Of a DNA stretch of 64,000 nucleotides, positions 17,051-26,005 are shown in pieces. Within the stretch, counting starts at the first letter, position 1; each line of letters opens with the position of its first letter. Source of the stretch: a virus; IMG/VR virus record IMGVR_UViG_3300027976_000033. One strand, 5' to 3'. A program made the position numbers and the translations under genes. Below the pieces are notes generated by a model. The model did not search any database, had not been told where the DNA came from, and saw only the letters and a program-made list of their open reading frames with translations.

Positions 17051-19534
17051 ATGTTTTACACCAACGTCTGGCTTCACCGCGGCAAAATTTATACTAAAGG
17101 AGTAAGAGAGGGAAAGCCATTTAGAGAAACATCTGCATATTCACCATATCTGTTTGTCAATTCACCTGTCGAGACACAGTACAAAACTTTGGATGGAAAA
17201 TATGTCGATAAGAAAAATTTCAATACAATCCGCGAGGCTAGAGATTTTGTTAAATCTTATAGTGATGTGTCGAATTTTCCAATCTATGGTCTGACACAAT
17301 ATCAGTATACTTACATCTTTGATAACTACAAGGGTATGATTGAATATGATCCTGAACTGATTTCTGTTGTTGGTCTCGACATCGAAAACTCTATGAAGAA
17401 TAGAGTCGATATCGCAACAGGTGTTACAACGACTCCAAATGAAATTACGGCGATAACACTTCGTAAAGGCATTCACAGATATACCTTTGGTGTTAAAGAA
17501 TTTACAGAACATCAAGACGATCTTACATACTATCATTGTAAAAATGAAAAAGATCTACTATTAAAATTCATTCAGGTTTGGAAGCTCTTAGACCCTGATG
17601 TAATTACTGGATGGAACGTAGAATTCTATGATATTCCATATCTCGTTAATAGAATTATCAGAGTTCTTGGTGAAAGACATGCTAAAGAACTTAGCCCATG
17701 GGGTAACCTGATCGCTTACGAAGTTATGATCAAAGGCAAACTCTGCCCATCATATCAATTGGCTGGTATCAGCGTATTGGACTATATGCAACTATACAAA
17801 AAGTTTACATACAAAAGTCGAGAAAAATATACACTAGCACATATATGTGAAGTCGAATTGGGTGAAACGAAGCTAGACTACACAGACTACATTAATCTCG
17901 ACGATTTGTATGAAAAAAATCCACAGAAATACATCGAATATAATATTCACGACGTTGATTTGATTTTTAAACTAGAAGACAAGCTTAAACTAATTGAATT
18001 AGTCTTCGCTCTTGCATATGATGCAAAAGTAAACTATAATGATACTCTTGCATCTGTGCGCCAGTGGGATGTGATGATACACAATTATCTACTGGAAGAT
18101 GATATAGTCATACCGAATAATAGAGATAGTGGCCTCGGTGGGCCTCTAGTGGGCGGATATGTTAAGGCTCCGCACGTTGGTATGCATAAGTGGGTAGTTT
18201 CATTCGATTTAAATTCACTATATCCACACCTTATCATGCAATACAATATTAGTCCAGAGACATTTGCTGGTCGAGTTAGTTCTTTTAATACTATAGACAA
18301 ACTACTTGAAAGAAAAATTATACGAGATGATGATCACTCGTGGGCTGCGAATGGATGTTATTATACGAAAGACAAGCAGGGATTTTTACCAGCTTTGATG
18401 GAAAAAATGTATGAGGACAGAAACAAATACAAGAGATTAATGTTTGATGTAAAACAGAAAAATCAAAAAAATCCAACATGGGAATTGCAGAAACTAATTG
18501 CTAAATTTAATAATCTACAGATGGCTAAGAAAATTCAGCTGAACAGTGCTTATGGTGCGCTTGGAAATAAATATTTCAGATGGTATGATATTAACCATGC
18601 TGAAGCTATTACGATGTCTGGACAGTTATCTATTCGTTGGATTGCAGATAGACTTAATGAATATCTCAATAAGCTTATAGGTACTGAGAATGTAGATTTT
18701 GTTATTGCGAGTGATACTGACTCTGTCTATATTACACTCGATAGACTAGTTCAAAAGGTTGGAATATCCGATAAAAGCGATTTAGAAATAACTAGAATTC
18801 TTGATAAGTTCTGTTCTGAGAAAATGGAAGTACAAATTGAAAAGTTCTATTCTGAATTAGCTATTATGATGAATGCTAAATCTCAGAAAATGAAAATGGC
18901 CAGAGAGTGTATTGCTAATAAAGCAATATGGACAGCCAAGAAAAGATATATTCTTAATGTTTACAATCTCGAGGGTGTTGAGTACGCAATACCAGAATTA
19001 AAAATGTCCGGTATTGAAGCTATTAAATCATCAACTCCACAAGTATGTCGAACAGCAATTAAGCATTCGATATCACTCATTATGTCTGCTGAAGAAAAAG
19101 ATCTACAGCAATATGTTTCTAAATTTAGAACTGAATTTGAAAACAAAAACTTTGCTGAAATATCATTTCCAAGGGGAATTAGTGATATAGCCAAATGGAA
19201 TACACGCACTGGATTTCTAAAGAAAACTCCGATACATGTAAAAGGTTCAATTTTGTTCAATAGATTGATAGAAGAGCACGACATTCGTAATAAATATGAA
19301 GAGATAGGAAGCGGCGACAAAATAAGATTTTGTTATCTCAAGGCTCCGAACCCACATTTTTCTAATGTACTATCGTGTCCGGATGAACTTCCAGAGGAAT
19401 TCAATATACAAAAATATATCAATTACGATTTGCAATTTACTAAATCGTTTCTTGACCCACTGTTAGCTATCCTTAAATCGATAGGCTGGGAAGCAGAGCA
19501 CACGTCAAACCTTGATAGTTTTTTTGGAGATTAA
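17051..19534 (+). CDS. 43: DNA polymerase gp43 (family B)
   Basis: exonuclease motif VVGLDIE, motif B KIQLNSAYGALGN, motif C VIASDTDSVYI; 827 aa. Confidence 0.95.
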   Translation: MFYTNVWLHRGKIYTKGVREGKPFRETSAYSPYLFVNSPVETQYKTLDGKYVDKKNFNTIREARDFVKSYSDVSNFPIYGLTQYQYTYIFDNYKGMIEYDPELISVVGLDIENSMKNRVDIATGVTTTPNEITAITLRKGIHRYTFGVKEFTEHQDDLTYYHCKNEKDLLLKFIQVWKLLDPDVITGWNVEFYDIPYLVNRIIRVLGERHAKELSPWGNLIAYEVMIKGKLCPSYQLAGISVLDYMQLYKKFTYKSREKYTLAHICEVELGETKLDYTDYINLDDLYEKNPQKYIEYNIHDVDLIFKLEDKLKLIELVFALAYDAKVNYNDTLASVRQWDVMIHNYLLEDDIVIPNNRDSGLGGPLVGGYVKAPHVGMHKWVVSFDLNSLYPHLIMQYNISPETFAGRVSSFNTIDKLLERKIIRDDDHSWAANGCYYTKDKQGFLPALMEKMYEDRNKYKRLMFDVKQKNQKNPTWELQKLIAKFNNLQMAKKIQLNSAYGALGNKYFRWYDINHAEAITMSGQLSIRWIADRLNEYLNKLIGTENVDFVIASDTDSVYITLDRLVQKVGISDKSDLEITRILDKFCSEKMEVQIEKFYSELAIMMNAKSQKMKMARECIANKAIWTAKKRYILNVYNLEGVEYAIPELKMSGIEAIKSSTPQVCRTAIKHSISLIMSAEEKDLQQYVSKFRTEFENKNFAEISFPRGISDIAKWNTRTGFLKKTPIHVKGSILFNRLIEEHDIRNKYEEIGSGDKIRFCYLKAPNPHFSNVLSCPDELPEEFNIQKYINYDLQFTKSFLDPLLAILKSIGWEAEHTSNLDSFFGD

Positions 19535-19536
19535 TT

Positions 19537-19719
19537 ATGAGAATTGGTCCAATATACACTGCCGAAGACTGTGACGAATTAGTCAAACTGTTGAAGTGTT
19601 CGAGCAACACAAAAATATCTAATATGGCCAGAGAGTTAGAATTTAAAGAGAACATCAAGCTGGCAATTTTTGATGATGATGATGAAGAGTTTCATTTGGG
19701 AAAAATTATTTATGAATGA
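19537..19719 (+). CDS. hypothetical small protein
   Basis: ORF. Confidence 0.35.
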   Translation: MRIGPIYTAEDCDELVKLLKCSSNTKISNMARELEFKENIKLAIFDDDDEEFHLGKIIYE

Positions 19720-19942
19720 TGAAAATGATTTCGGTTTTAGTGCCGTAGATGACGAATTTATATCGAGCGAATTCGATAATAGAGACAAGGCTAAAGAAAT
19801 GTATGATGCCATTTATCCATTATTAACGAATCTTAAAAAGGATTCTGATAAGAGCAAATATATTCTATGGCCAGAACGTGCAAAAAAGATTGACCAATTT
19901 ATTGACAGACTACAAAATATATTAAACGGAGAGAATACATAA
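19712..19942 (+). CDS. hypothetical protein
   Basis: ATG overlaps upstream stop. Confidence 0.4.
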   Translation: MNDENDFGFSAVDDEFISSEFDNRDKAKEMYDAIYPLLTNLKKDSDKSKYILWPERAKKIDQFIDRLQNILNGENT

Positions 19943-19943
19943 C

Positions 19944-21014
19944 ATGTCATTACTAGAAAAAATTAAAAAGAATTCTACAATTAAAGAAAGTTCGATATTG
20001 TCGACATCAAAATTCTTTAATGAAAAGGATATGATCCAAACACAAATCCCGGCAATTAATGTTGCATACTCTGGTGATCTAGATGGCGGACTTACTCCTG
20101 GACTTACTCAGTGGGCTGGGCCATCTCGGCACTTTAAGACTTTGTTCTCTCTCATTTCAGCCAAAGCATATATGGACAAATACCCAGATGCCGTATTGTT
20201 ATTTTATGACTCAGAATTTGGTACACCAAAATCATATTTTGAAGCTGTTGGTATTGACATGGAAAGAGTTATCCACACACCACTGACAAACATCGAACAG
20301 ATGAAGTTTGATGTTATGACTCAATTGGAAGACATTATCCGTGGAGAACATCTGATAGTTCTCATCGATTCTATCGGCAACATGGCATCTAAGAAAGAAG
20401 TCGACGACGCTCTTGACGGTAAATCTGTTGCTGACATGACTCGTGCTAAGCAGCTTAAATCGTTCTTCAGAATGGTTACACCACATCTAAATCTCAAAGA
20501 TATTCCAATGATCGTCGTAAATCACGTTTACATGACTATGGAAATGTTCAGTAAACCCATCGTGTCAGGCGGAACGGGAGGAATGTACTCCTCGGATAAC
20601 GTGTTCATTATCGGTCGTCAACAGGATAAAGACGGTAAAGATCTTATGGGATATAACTTCATTATCAATGTTGAAAAATCTCGCTACGTTAAAGAAAAAT
20701 CTAAGATTCCAATTACAGTGAAATTCAAGGGTGGTATTTCTAAATGGTCTGGTTTGTTAGATATGGCTCTCGAATCTGGTCACGTTACGAAACCGAAGAA
20801 CGGTAGATATTCAAAAGTAGATCAAGAGACTGGTGAATTTGATGAAAAGGGCATAAAGATTCAAGCTACTGACACTGCTGATTTTTGGAAGCCAATTCTT
20901 GCGGATCAGAAATTTAAAGACTTTGTTAAAGCGAAATACTCAGTATCTCATGGTGCTTTGATTGAAGATGATTCTGAAGAAGTTTATGATAATTTGGAGG
21001 ACGAAAACGAGTAA
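19944..21014 (+). CDS. uvsX: recombinase UvsX (RecA/Rad51 family)
   Basis: near-colinear with T4 UvsX (SKFFNEKD, YPDAVLLFYDSEFG, VSDMTRAK, GGTGGMYS, NVEKSRYVKEKSK). Confidence 0.95.
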   Translation: MSLLEKIKKNSTIKESSILSTSKFFNEKDMIQTQIPAINVAYSGDLDGGLTPGLTQWAGPSRHFKTLFSLISAKAYMDKYPDAVLLFYDSEFGTPKSYFEAVGIDMERVIHTPLTNIEQMKFDVMTQLEDIIRGEHLIVLIDSIGNMASKKEVDDALDGKSVADMTRAKQLKSFFRMVTPHLNLKDIPMIVVNHVYMTMEMFSKPIVSGGTGGMYSSDNVFIIGRQQDKDGKDLMGYNFIINVEKSRYVKEKSKIPITVKFKGGISKWSGLLDMALESGHVTKPKNGRYSKVDQETGEFDEKGIKIQATDTADFWKPILADQKFKDFVKAKYSVSHGALIEDDSEEVYDNLEDENE

Positions 21015-21060
21015 CTTGGTATATATAGTTCGCTAATAGAATTCAACACGAAGGATCAAT

Positions 21061-21690
21061 ATGAGCATTGAAAATATTATATTAAGTAGTTTGTTATATA
21101 ATGAAGATTACGTCAGAAAGACGATAGCATTTTTAAAGCCAGAATATTTTCATAACGATGCTGATAAAGTTCTTTATAAATTAATAGAACACTATTTCCA
21201 GAAGTACAATGCCTCTCCAACAAAGGAAGCATTGCTTCTGGACATAGATAAAGTATCTTTACCGGAACACGTTTTTAAAGAGTGTGTCGAAAAGACCAAG
21301 ACTTTAGAATATACCGAACAACAGATGGTTTGGCTTACAGATACTACAGAGAAATTCTGTCAAGACAAAGCTCTCTACAATGCGATCATGGATTCAATCA
21401 AAATTATCGATGACGATGATGACAAAAATCCATTATCTAAGGGTTCTATTCCACAAATTCTGAGTGACGCTTTAGCAGTATCGTTTGATACTGATATCGG
21501 TCATGATTATTTAGAAAATTCTGAAGAGAGATTCGAGTATTATCATTTAGCTGAAGCGAAAATACCATTCGACATTGAGCATTTTAATAATATCACTAAG
21601 GGTGGTGTTTCTAGAAAAACACTTACAATCATACTTGCTGGTTGTGTTCATCCATCAACAAAAATTAAAGTGCGAATTAGAAAAGTGTAA
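21061..21690 (+). CDS. 41: replicative helicase gp41, fragment 1: N-extein (21061-21642) plus 15-aa split-intein N half
   Basis: DnaB/gp41 N-terminal domain; ends ...KTLTIILAG|CVHPSTKIKVRIRKV* inside the Walker A loop (T4 LLAG-VNVGKS). Confidence 0.85.
   Translation: MSIENIILSSLLYNEDYVRKTIAFLKPEYFHNDADKVLYKLIEHYFQKYNASPTKEALLLDIDKVSLPEHVFKECVEKTKTLEYTEQQMVWLTDTTEKFCQDKALYNAIMDSIKIIDDDDDKNPLSKGSIPQILSDALAVSFDTDIGHDYLENSEERFEYYHLAEAKIPFDIEHFNNITKGGVSRKTLTIILAGCVHPSTKIKVRIRKV
21643..21687 (+). other. atypical split-intein N half (IntN, 15 aa)
   Basis: Cys-initiated 15-residue peptide between the extein and an in-frame stop; complemented by a 128-aa IntC downstream. Confidence 0.65.
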
Positions 21691-22309
21691 ATCCGCGCTG
21701 GTATCCAATATCAATATACGATTGCAACAAATCAGGCTTTATTCTAGTTCTATGTTTTCCATTAGTTACACATATGAAGCCAGTAAGAGCTCTGCCGCCC
21801 TTAGCACAAATAATTTTTTTTACATCTGGATCGAAAAAGGCTCCTATTTTATTTTCTCTTTGTGTTTTAGAGCCAGCAGTTCCACCCTTTGAACACATGT
21901 TTTTTCTAAAGACTGGATCGAAAGTTCCTACTTTATTTTTGGATTGTGTCACCGCCGCCTTTCTGGCGCTAGCTCTGATTGATTCTTTATTATTTTTATA
22001 TTTATCAGAATGAAATCCGATTTTGTTTTTATGACAGAACTTACCAGTGATAATTCGCTGTTTAGTTGAAAGCTTCGCACCCAACATGTGCATAGATCTT
22101 AAATCATTTGGATTTTTATATATTTTCCACAATAAGAAATGAGCAATTATGTGTTCTCTAATATTTAGATATGTTAAATTTTCTTGTAAATCGCCGCCGC
22201 CCATGTGTTTTGGAATTATGTGATGAGCATGTAATCCGCTGGCGTAGCCATATTTTTCTTTTAATGATTTTCTATTTTCACACAATGATGAATAGATTAT
22301 ATCATACAT
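21677..22309 (-). CDS. HNH homing endonuclease (free-standing, opposite strand, between the split-intein halves)
   Basis: GLHAHHIIPKHMGGGD ... NLTYLNIREHIIAH HNH motif. Confidence 0.75.
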   Translation of the reverse strand: MYDIIYSSLCENRKSLKEKYGYASGLHAHHIIPKHMGGGDLQENLTYLNIREHIIAHFLLWKIYKNPNDLRSMHMLGAKLSTKQRIITGKFCHKNKIGFHSDKYKNNKESIRASARKAAVTQSKNKVGTFDPVFRKNMCSKGGTAGSKTQRENKIGAFFDPDVKKIICAKGGRALTGFICVTNGKHRTRIKPDLLQSYIDIGYQRGFTLF

Positions 22310-22323
22310 GTTTTAATCTTTCG

Positions 22324-22331
22324 TATAAATA
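22324..22331 (+). promoter_or_regulatory. T4-type late promoter octamer TATAAATA upstream of gp41 fragment 2
   Basis: exact TATAAATA 46 nt upstream of ATG 22377. Confidence 0.4.
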
Positions 22332-22376
22332 TTATGCCAGTGCCGGCTAGTAATATTTATTATTTTGGAGTTTTTA

Positions 22377-22760
22377 ATGAATAATTGGGTAGAAAAAGAA
22401 ATAGAAATAGGTGCCGTAGATGACTTGCTTAAAGAGGGTTATGAAGTAGAGGTATATTCTCCAGATGGTTGGGTTGGCATTAATTTTTTTGTTGATAAGG
22501 GTTCATATGAAGAATATATCATTACAACCGCAAATGGATTAGAAGTCAAATGTAACGCGGATCATTTATTTAAGTCTGTTGATGATGAATGGATTACTGC
22601 ACAAGAGTTAGAATATATGCAAGATCCTGTAGAATTAGTAACGATACATGGACCATCATTAGCATTTACCATTAAGACAGATAATATAATTCCAATTGTA
22701 GACATAAATGTTAATCATAAAAATAAGCGATATTATACAAATGGTATAGAATCACACAAT
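22377..22760 (+). other. atypical split-intein C half (IntC, 128 aa, contains block B)
   Basis: contains EVKCNADHLF (block B) and terminal GIESHN followed by +1 Thr. Confidence 0.65.
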
Positions 22761-23558
22761 ACTGGCGCGGGCAAAAGTTTGGCAATGTGCCACATGGCAG
22801 CTGGCAATCTCATGGATAATAAGAGTGTCCTATATATCACGCTCGAAATGGCTGAAGAAAAGATCGCAGAAAGAATTGATGCTAATCTTCTAAATATTAC
22901 CATGGACGATTTGGATAAAACTCCAAAAGCCTACTACGATAAAATGATTGCTAAGCTAAAGTCCAGAACTATGGGCAAGCTTATCATTAAAGAATATCCA
23001 ACTTCAACAGCCCATGCAAATCACTTTCGTCATCTTCTTAATGAATTAAAAATTAAGAAGAATTTTATACCAGACATCATCTATATCGATTACATCAATC
23101 TATGCGGATCAGTCAGAATTAAGGCCGGTGCTAATGCTAACTCGTACACGATGATTAAGTCGATTGCCGAAGAACTTCGTGGACTTGCCGTTGAACACAA
23201 CGTTCCTATCATTAGTGCTACACAGGTTACTCGAGCTGGATATGGTTCAAGCGATATTGAAATTACCGATACATCTGAATGTATCTTCCAGGATGAAATG
23301 ATTGAACTGCGTGATGGTAGTTCTAAAATGATTAAAGATATTGTAGTTGGAGATCAAATTATATCTAATGATCAATATAAAACGGTTCATATGGTTCATC
23401 ATTCGAAACTCAAAGACTGTTATAAGATAAAAACATCAGCTGGCAAAGAAATAATTGTAAGCAAAGATCATGTATTTCCAACAAAGCGTGGCAGAATATC
23501 AATCGAAACTGGTTTGAGTGTTGGTGATAATCTTAATAGTAGGAACCGTGATGAGTAA
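22377..23558 (+). CDS. 41: gp41 fragment 2: 128-aa IntC (22377-22760) plus central extein (22761-23279) plus IntN of second split intein (23280-23555)
   Basis: ...NGIESHN|TGAGKSLAMCHMA completes the Walker A motif; DnaB RecA-like core; ends ...DTSE|CIFQDEM...NRDE*. Confidence 0.85.
   Translation: MNNWVEKEIEIGAVDDLLKEGYEVEVYSPDGWVGINFFVDKGSYEEYIITTANGLEVKCNADHLFKSVDDEWITAQELEYMQDPVELVTIHGPSLAFTIKTDNIIPIVDINVNHKNKRYYTNGIESHNTGAGKSLAMCHMAAGNLMDNKSVLYITLEMAEEKIAERIDANLLNITMDDLDKTPKAYYDKMIAKLKSRTMGKLIIKEYPTSTAHANHFRHLLNELKIKKNFIPDIIYIDYINLCGSVRIKAGANANSYTMIKSIAEELRGLAVEHNVPIISATQVTRAGYGSSDIEITDTSECIFQDEMIELRDGSSKMIKDIVVGDQIISNDQYKTVHMVHHSKLKDCYKIKTSAGKEIIVSKDHVFPTKRGRISIETGLSVGDNLNSRNRDE
23280..23555 (+). 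other. split-intein N half (IntN, 92 aa), gp41-1-like
   Basis: CIFQDEMIELRDGS ... KDHVFPT (block B) ... stop; same pattern as described gp41-type split IntN. Confidence 0.8.
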
Positions 23559-23817
23559 TATTTATTTAGCATGCTTAGCTAAAGCAGAGTACTTGATGGA
23601 AAATGGTTATCCAGTTGGTAAGATTGATTTGGCACAATTGACCGATCTTCTTGTTAAATTGGAAAATGAGAAAATAGAAAAGCAAACACTCTCAGATGCT
23701 GTTATAGATTATAATGATACTATTGTCGAAATCATAGAGCTTGGAGAACTGGAAACAGTCGATCTTTCTGTGTCTGGTGATAATCTTTTCTATTGTAATG
23801 ACATATTAACAAAGAAT
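23551..23817 (+). other. split-intein C half (IntC; start uncertain, 89 aa from first ATG)
   Basis: blocks F/G VDLSVSGDNLFYCNDILTKN then +1 Ser. Confidence 0.6.
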
Positions 23818-24102
23818 AGTTTTGGACTTCCCGCCACTGCAGATTTAATGTTTGCTCTAGTTACATCTGAAGAGATGGAAAAATTAAATCAAGTTATGGT
23901 GAAGCAACTTAAAAACAGATATTCAGACATATCAAAGGATAGGAGATTTTTTGTTGGACTAGATAAGAGTAGAATGAAATTTTATGATCTAGAAGATAGT
24001 GCACAACGAGTTTTAAATGACGATGTTGCTATAATGGATCAAACGCCGACTGGTAAAAGAATTAATGATGAACTTAGAGATAAAATGAAAGATTTTAAAT
24101 GA
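23551..24102 (+). CDS. 41: gp41 fragment 3: IntC (23551-23817) plus C-extein (23818-24102)
   Basis: ATG overlaps the fragment-2 stop (ATGAGTAA); ...VDLSVSGDNLFYCNDILTKN|SFGLPATADLMFAL continues T4 gp41 ...SAGLPATADFMLAV. Confidence 0.8.
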   Translation: MSNIYLACLAKAEYLMENGYPVGKIDLAQLTDLLVKLENEKIEKQTLSDAVIDYNDTIVEIIELGELETVDLSVSGDNLFYCNDILTKNSFGLPATADLMFALVTSEEMEKLNQVMVKQLKNRYSDISKDRRFFVGLDKSRMKFYDLEDSAQRVLNDDVAIMDQTPTGKRINDELRDKMKDFK

Positions 24103-24269
24103 GCTATAAAATTATTGATAATACACTCGTAGAAAATAAAACTGATATTACTATTATTCAATCTAAAGATCGTAAAACATTAGTAAATATGAAACGACAT
24201 TTGTGCATGGGTGGTGGTTTTAACGGCTTTACACCGGCATTCTTTTTAAACAAACCAGGAGTAAAATAA
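24099..24269 (+). CDS. hypothetical small protein
   Basis: 56-aa ORF; ATG overlaps the gp41 stop. Confidence 0.3.
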   Translation: MSYKIIDNTLVENKTDITIIQSKDRKTLVNMKRHLCMGGGFNGFTPAFFLNKPGVK

Positions 24270-24467
24270 ATGGCTAACAACACATCTTCATCTAGCACCG
24301 GTGGCGTAGGATTTTTAGGACTACTTACTATCGTATTCATTACGCTAAAACTTACAGGATATGTTGCCTGGAATTGGTTTTGGGTATTGTCGCCCATCAT
24401 TATTCCATTTAGTATTGCAATATTGATAATTTTGATATGGATAATTGTTACTATTTTTAAAAGATAG
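24270..24467 (+). CDS. small membrane protein (two TM helices)
   Basis: hydrophobic 65-aa ORF with coupled start. Confidence 0.45.
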   Translation: MANNTSSSSTGGVGFLGLLTIVFITLKLTGYVAWNWFWVLSPIIIPFSIAILIILIWIIVTIFKR

Positions 24468-24496
24468 TTGACATTTGAATGAGAATTGTTTATAAG
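24468..24496 (+). promoter_or_regulatory. early promoter (TTGACA-N17-TATAAG); ATG 5 nt after the -10, likely leaderless
   Basis: gttgacatttgaatgagaattgtttataagagcatATG. Confidence 0.55.
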
Positions 24497-24501
24497 AGCA
24501 T

Positions 24502-25044
24502 ATGAACATATTCTATTTAGATAAATCACCAGTTCTCTGTGCGCAGTGGATGGTGGACAAGCATGTAGTTAAGATGATCGTCGAAACTGCTCAAATGTTG
24601 TCTACCGCCCATCGTGTATTAGACGGCACTCAGATAATTCAGTCGTATGAAAAATCGAATGGAAAAATTGGCTCTCGGAAACATATGCTTTTGGTTGATG
24701 AACGAGAGCCAATATTATATAAAGCTACTCATGCCAATCATCCATCTTCAGTGTGGGCTCGCACTTCGGTGCAAAATTATAACTGGTTGGTAGAACACAT
24801 GTATGCACTTGGTAGTGAGTACACTTATCGTTACGGTAAGACTCATGCAACTATTACTAAGTTAGCATATCTTCTGCAGAGCCCTCCGTATGGATTACAG
24901 AAGCAGGGTTGGACAGAACCACCATCATGCATGCCAGATGAATTTAAAACATCTGATGTAGTTGCCAATTATCGTGAATATTACAAGACCGCGAAAGCAC
25001 ATCTGCATTCGTGGAAAAAACGCGAAAAGCCAGATTGGATTTGA
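24502..25044 (+). CDS. hypothetical protein
   Basis: 180-aa ORF directly at promoter. Confidence 0.55.
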   Translation: MNIFYLDKSPVLCAQWMVDKHVVKMIVETAQMLSTAHRVLDGTQIIQSYEKSNGKIGSRKHMLLVDEREPILYKATHANHPSSVWARTSVQNYNWLVEHMYALGSEYTYRYGKTHATITKLAYLLQSPPYGLQKQGWTEPPSCMPDEFKTSDVVANYREYYKTAKAHLHSWKKREKPDWI

Positions 25045-25045
25045 T

Positions 25046-26005
25046 ATGAATAAGATTGATCACATTCCACATCTCGAAGATCTTTTGATACTTCGCGGGA
25101 CCGATGCTCTCAATGATATTATTGATGTTCTTTATTATAAGGACTCGTTCTCTATCAAATACGATGGTGCTCCTGCCGTATTGTTTGGAACATGTCCAAC
25201 TGAGAATAAGTTCTTCGTTGCAACTAAATCATTTTTTAATAAGACGCCAAAGATTAATTATAATGTGGAAGACATTACTAGAAACCACGGCAAATCACCG
25301 GAACTGGTAAATAAGCTCACGTATATATTTCCACTATTAGAAGATCTGTTTCATAATGATCTTTCGGTAACACATCAATCATCAATCATCCAAGGAGATT
25401 TGTTATTTCTTGGCAGTGATCTCGATGGAACAAACACTTTCACAGCTAACACTATAACATATAAATTTGATTCACCACACCGAGTTTACTATGACATTGG
25501 TATAGCACTTCATACACATTATGACACTCAACTGAAAAGCAGTACATCTATTAGTGATAACGTTTTAAAAACGCCGCAATTGGATAGAAGTTTCTATGCT
25601 CCACAAACGAGTGTTTCTCGAGGAAGAGGTGGAGACGGTAAACTATCATCATTCCTTTACAGTCTTGTGAATTTTAATAGATATGCTAAAAGCTTTAAGC
25701 CAGACCCAAAAAATGTAGTGCTCGTAAATAAACTCATTAGAAATAATGAAGAACTAACAATTTATAATCTACAAGATATTTTTAACAACGAAGAATTTGT
25801 AATCCTATATTTGAAAGTTAAAGCTGCTAAAGAACTTTTAATTAGTATGCTAGACCGGTACTATGGACGACATGGTTTGATCAAAAGTATCAATGATGTT
25901 TCATGTGGTCATGAAGGATTTGTCACTAGGCTCCAGGACAATACACCAGTAAAACTTGTTAATAGAAAAGCATTCAGCTATGCAAACTTTGAGAGACATT
26001 CATGA
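25046..26005 (+). CDS. putative nucleotidyltransferase/ligase-like protein (KxDG motif)
   Basis: SIKYDGAPAVLFG resembles motif I of covalent nucleotidyltransferases; other motifs not securely recognisable. Confidence 0.3.
   Translation: MNKIDHIPHLEDLLILRGTDALNDIIDVLYYKDSFSIKYDGAPAVLFGTCPTENKFFVATKSFFNKTPKINYNVEDITRNHGKSPELVNKLTYIFPLLEDLFHNDLSVTHQSSIIQGDLLFLGSDLDGTNTFTANTITYKFDSPHRVYYDIGIALHTHYDTQLKSSTSISDNVLKTPQLDRSFYAPQTSVSRGRGGDGKLSSFLYSLVNFNRYAKSFKPDPKNVVLVNKLIRNNEELTIYNLQDIFNNEEFVILYLKVKAAKELLISMLDRYYGRHGLIKSINDVSCGHEGFVTRLQDNTPVKLVNRKAFSYANFERHS

Noticed and set aside
23540-23560. interpreting the frame change at the second gp41 intein as a sequencing frameshift in a contiguous mini-intein
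   Set aside because: The stop and the new ATG overlap in an ATGA coupling arrangement typical of genuine split genes, and the N half has classic split-IntN length; a frameshift cannot be excluded without reads.
24158-24529. minus-strand 123-aa ORF overlapping the plus-strand membrane ORF and promoter
   Set aside because: The plus-strand ORFs are translationally coupled to gp41 and followed by a conserved early promoter; the minus ORF has no signals.
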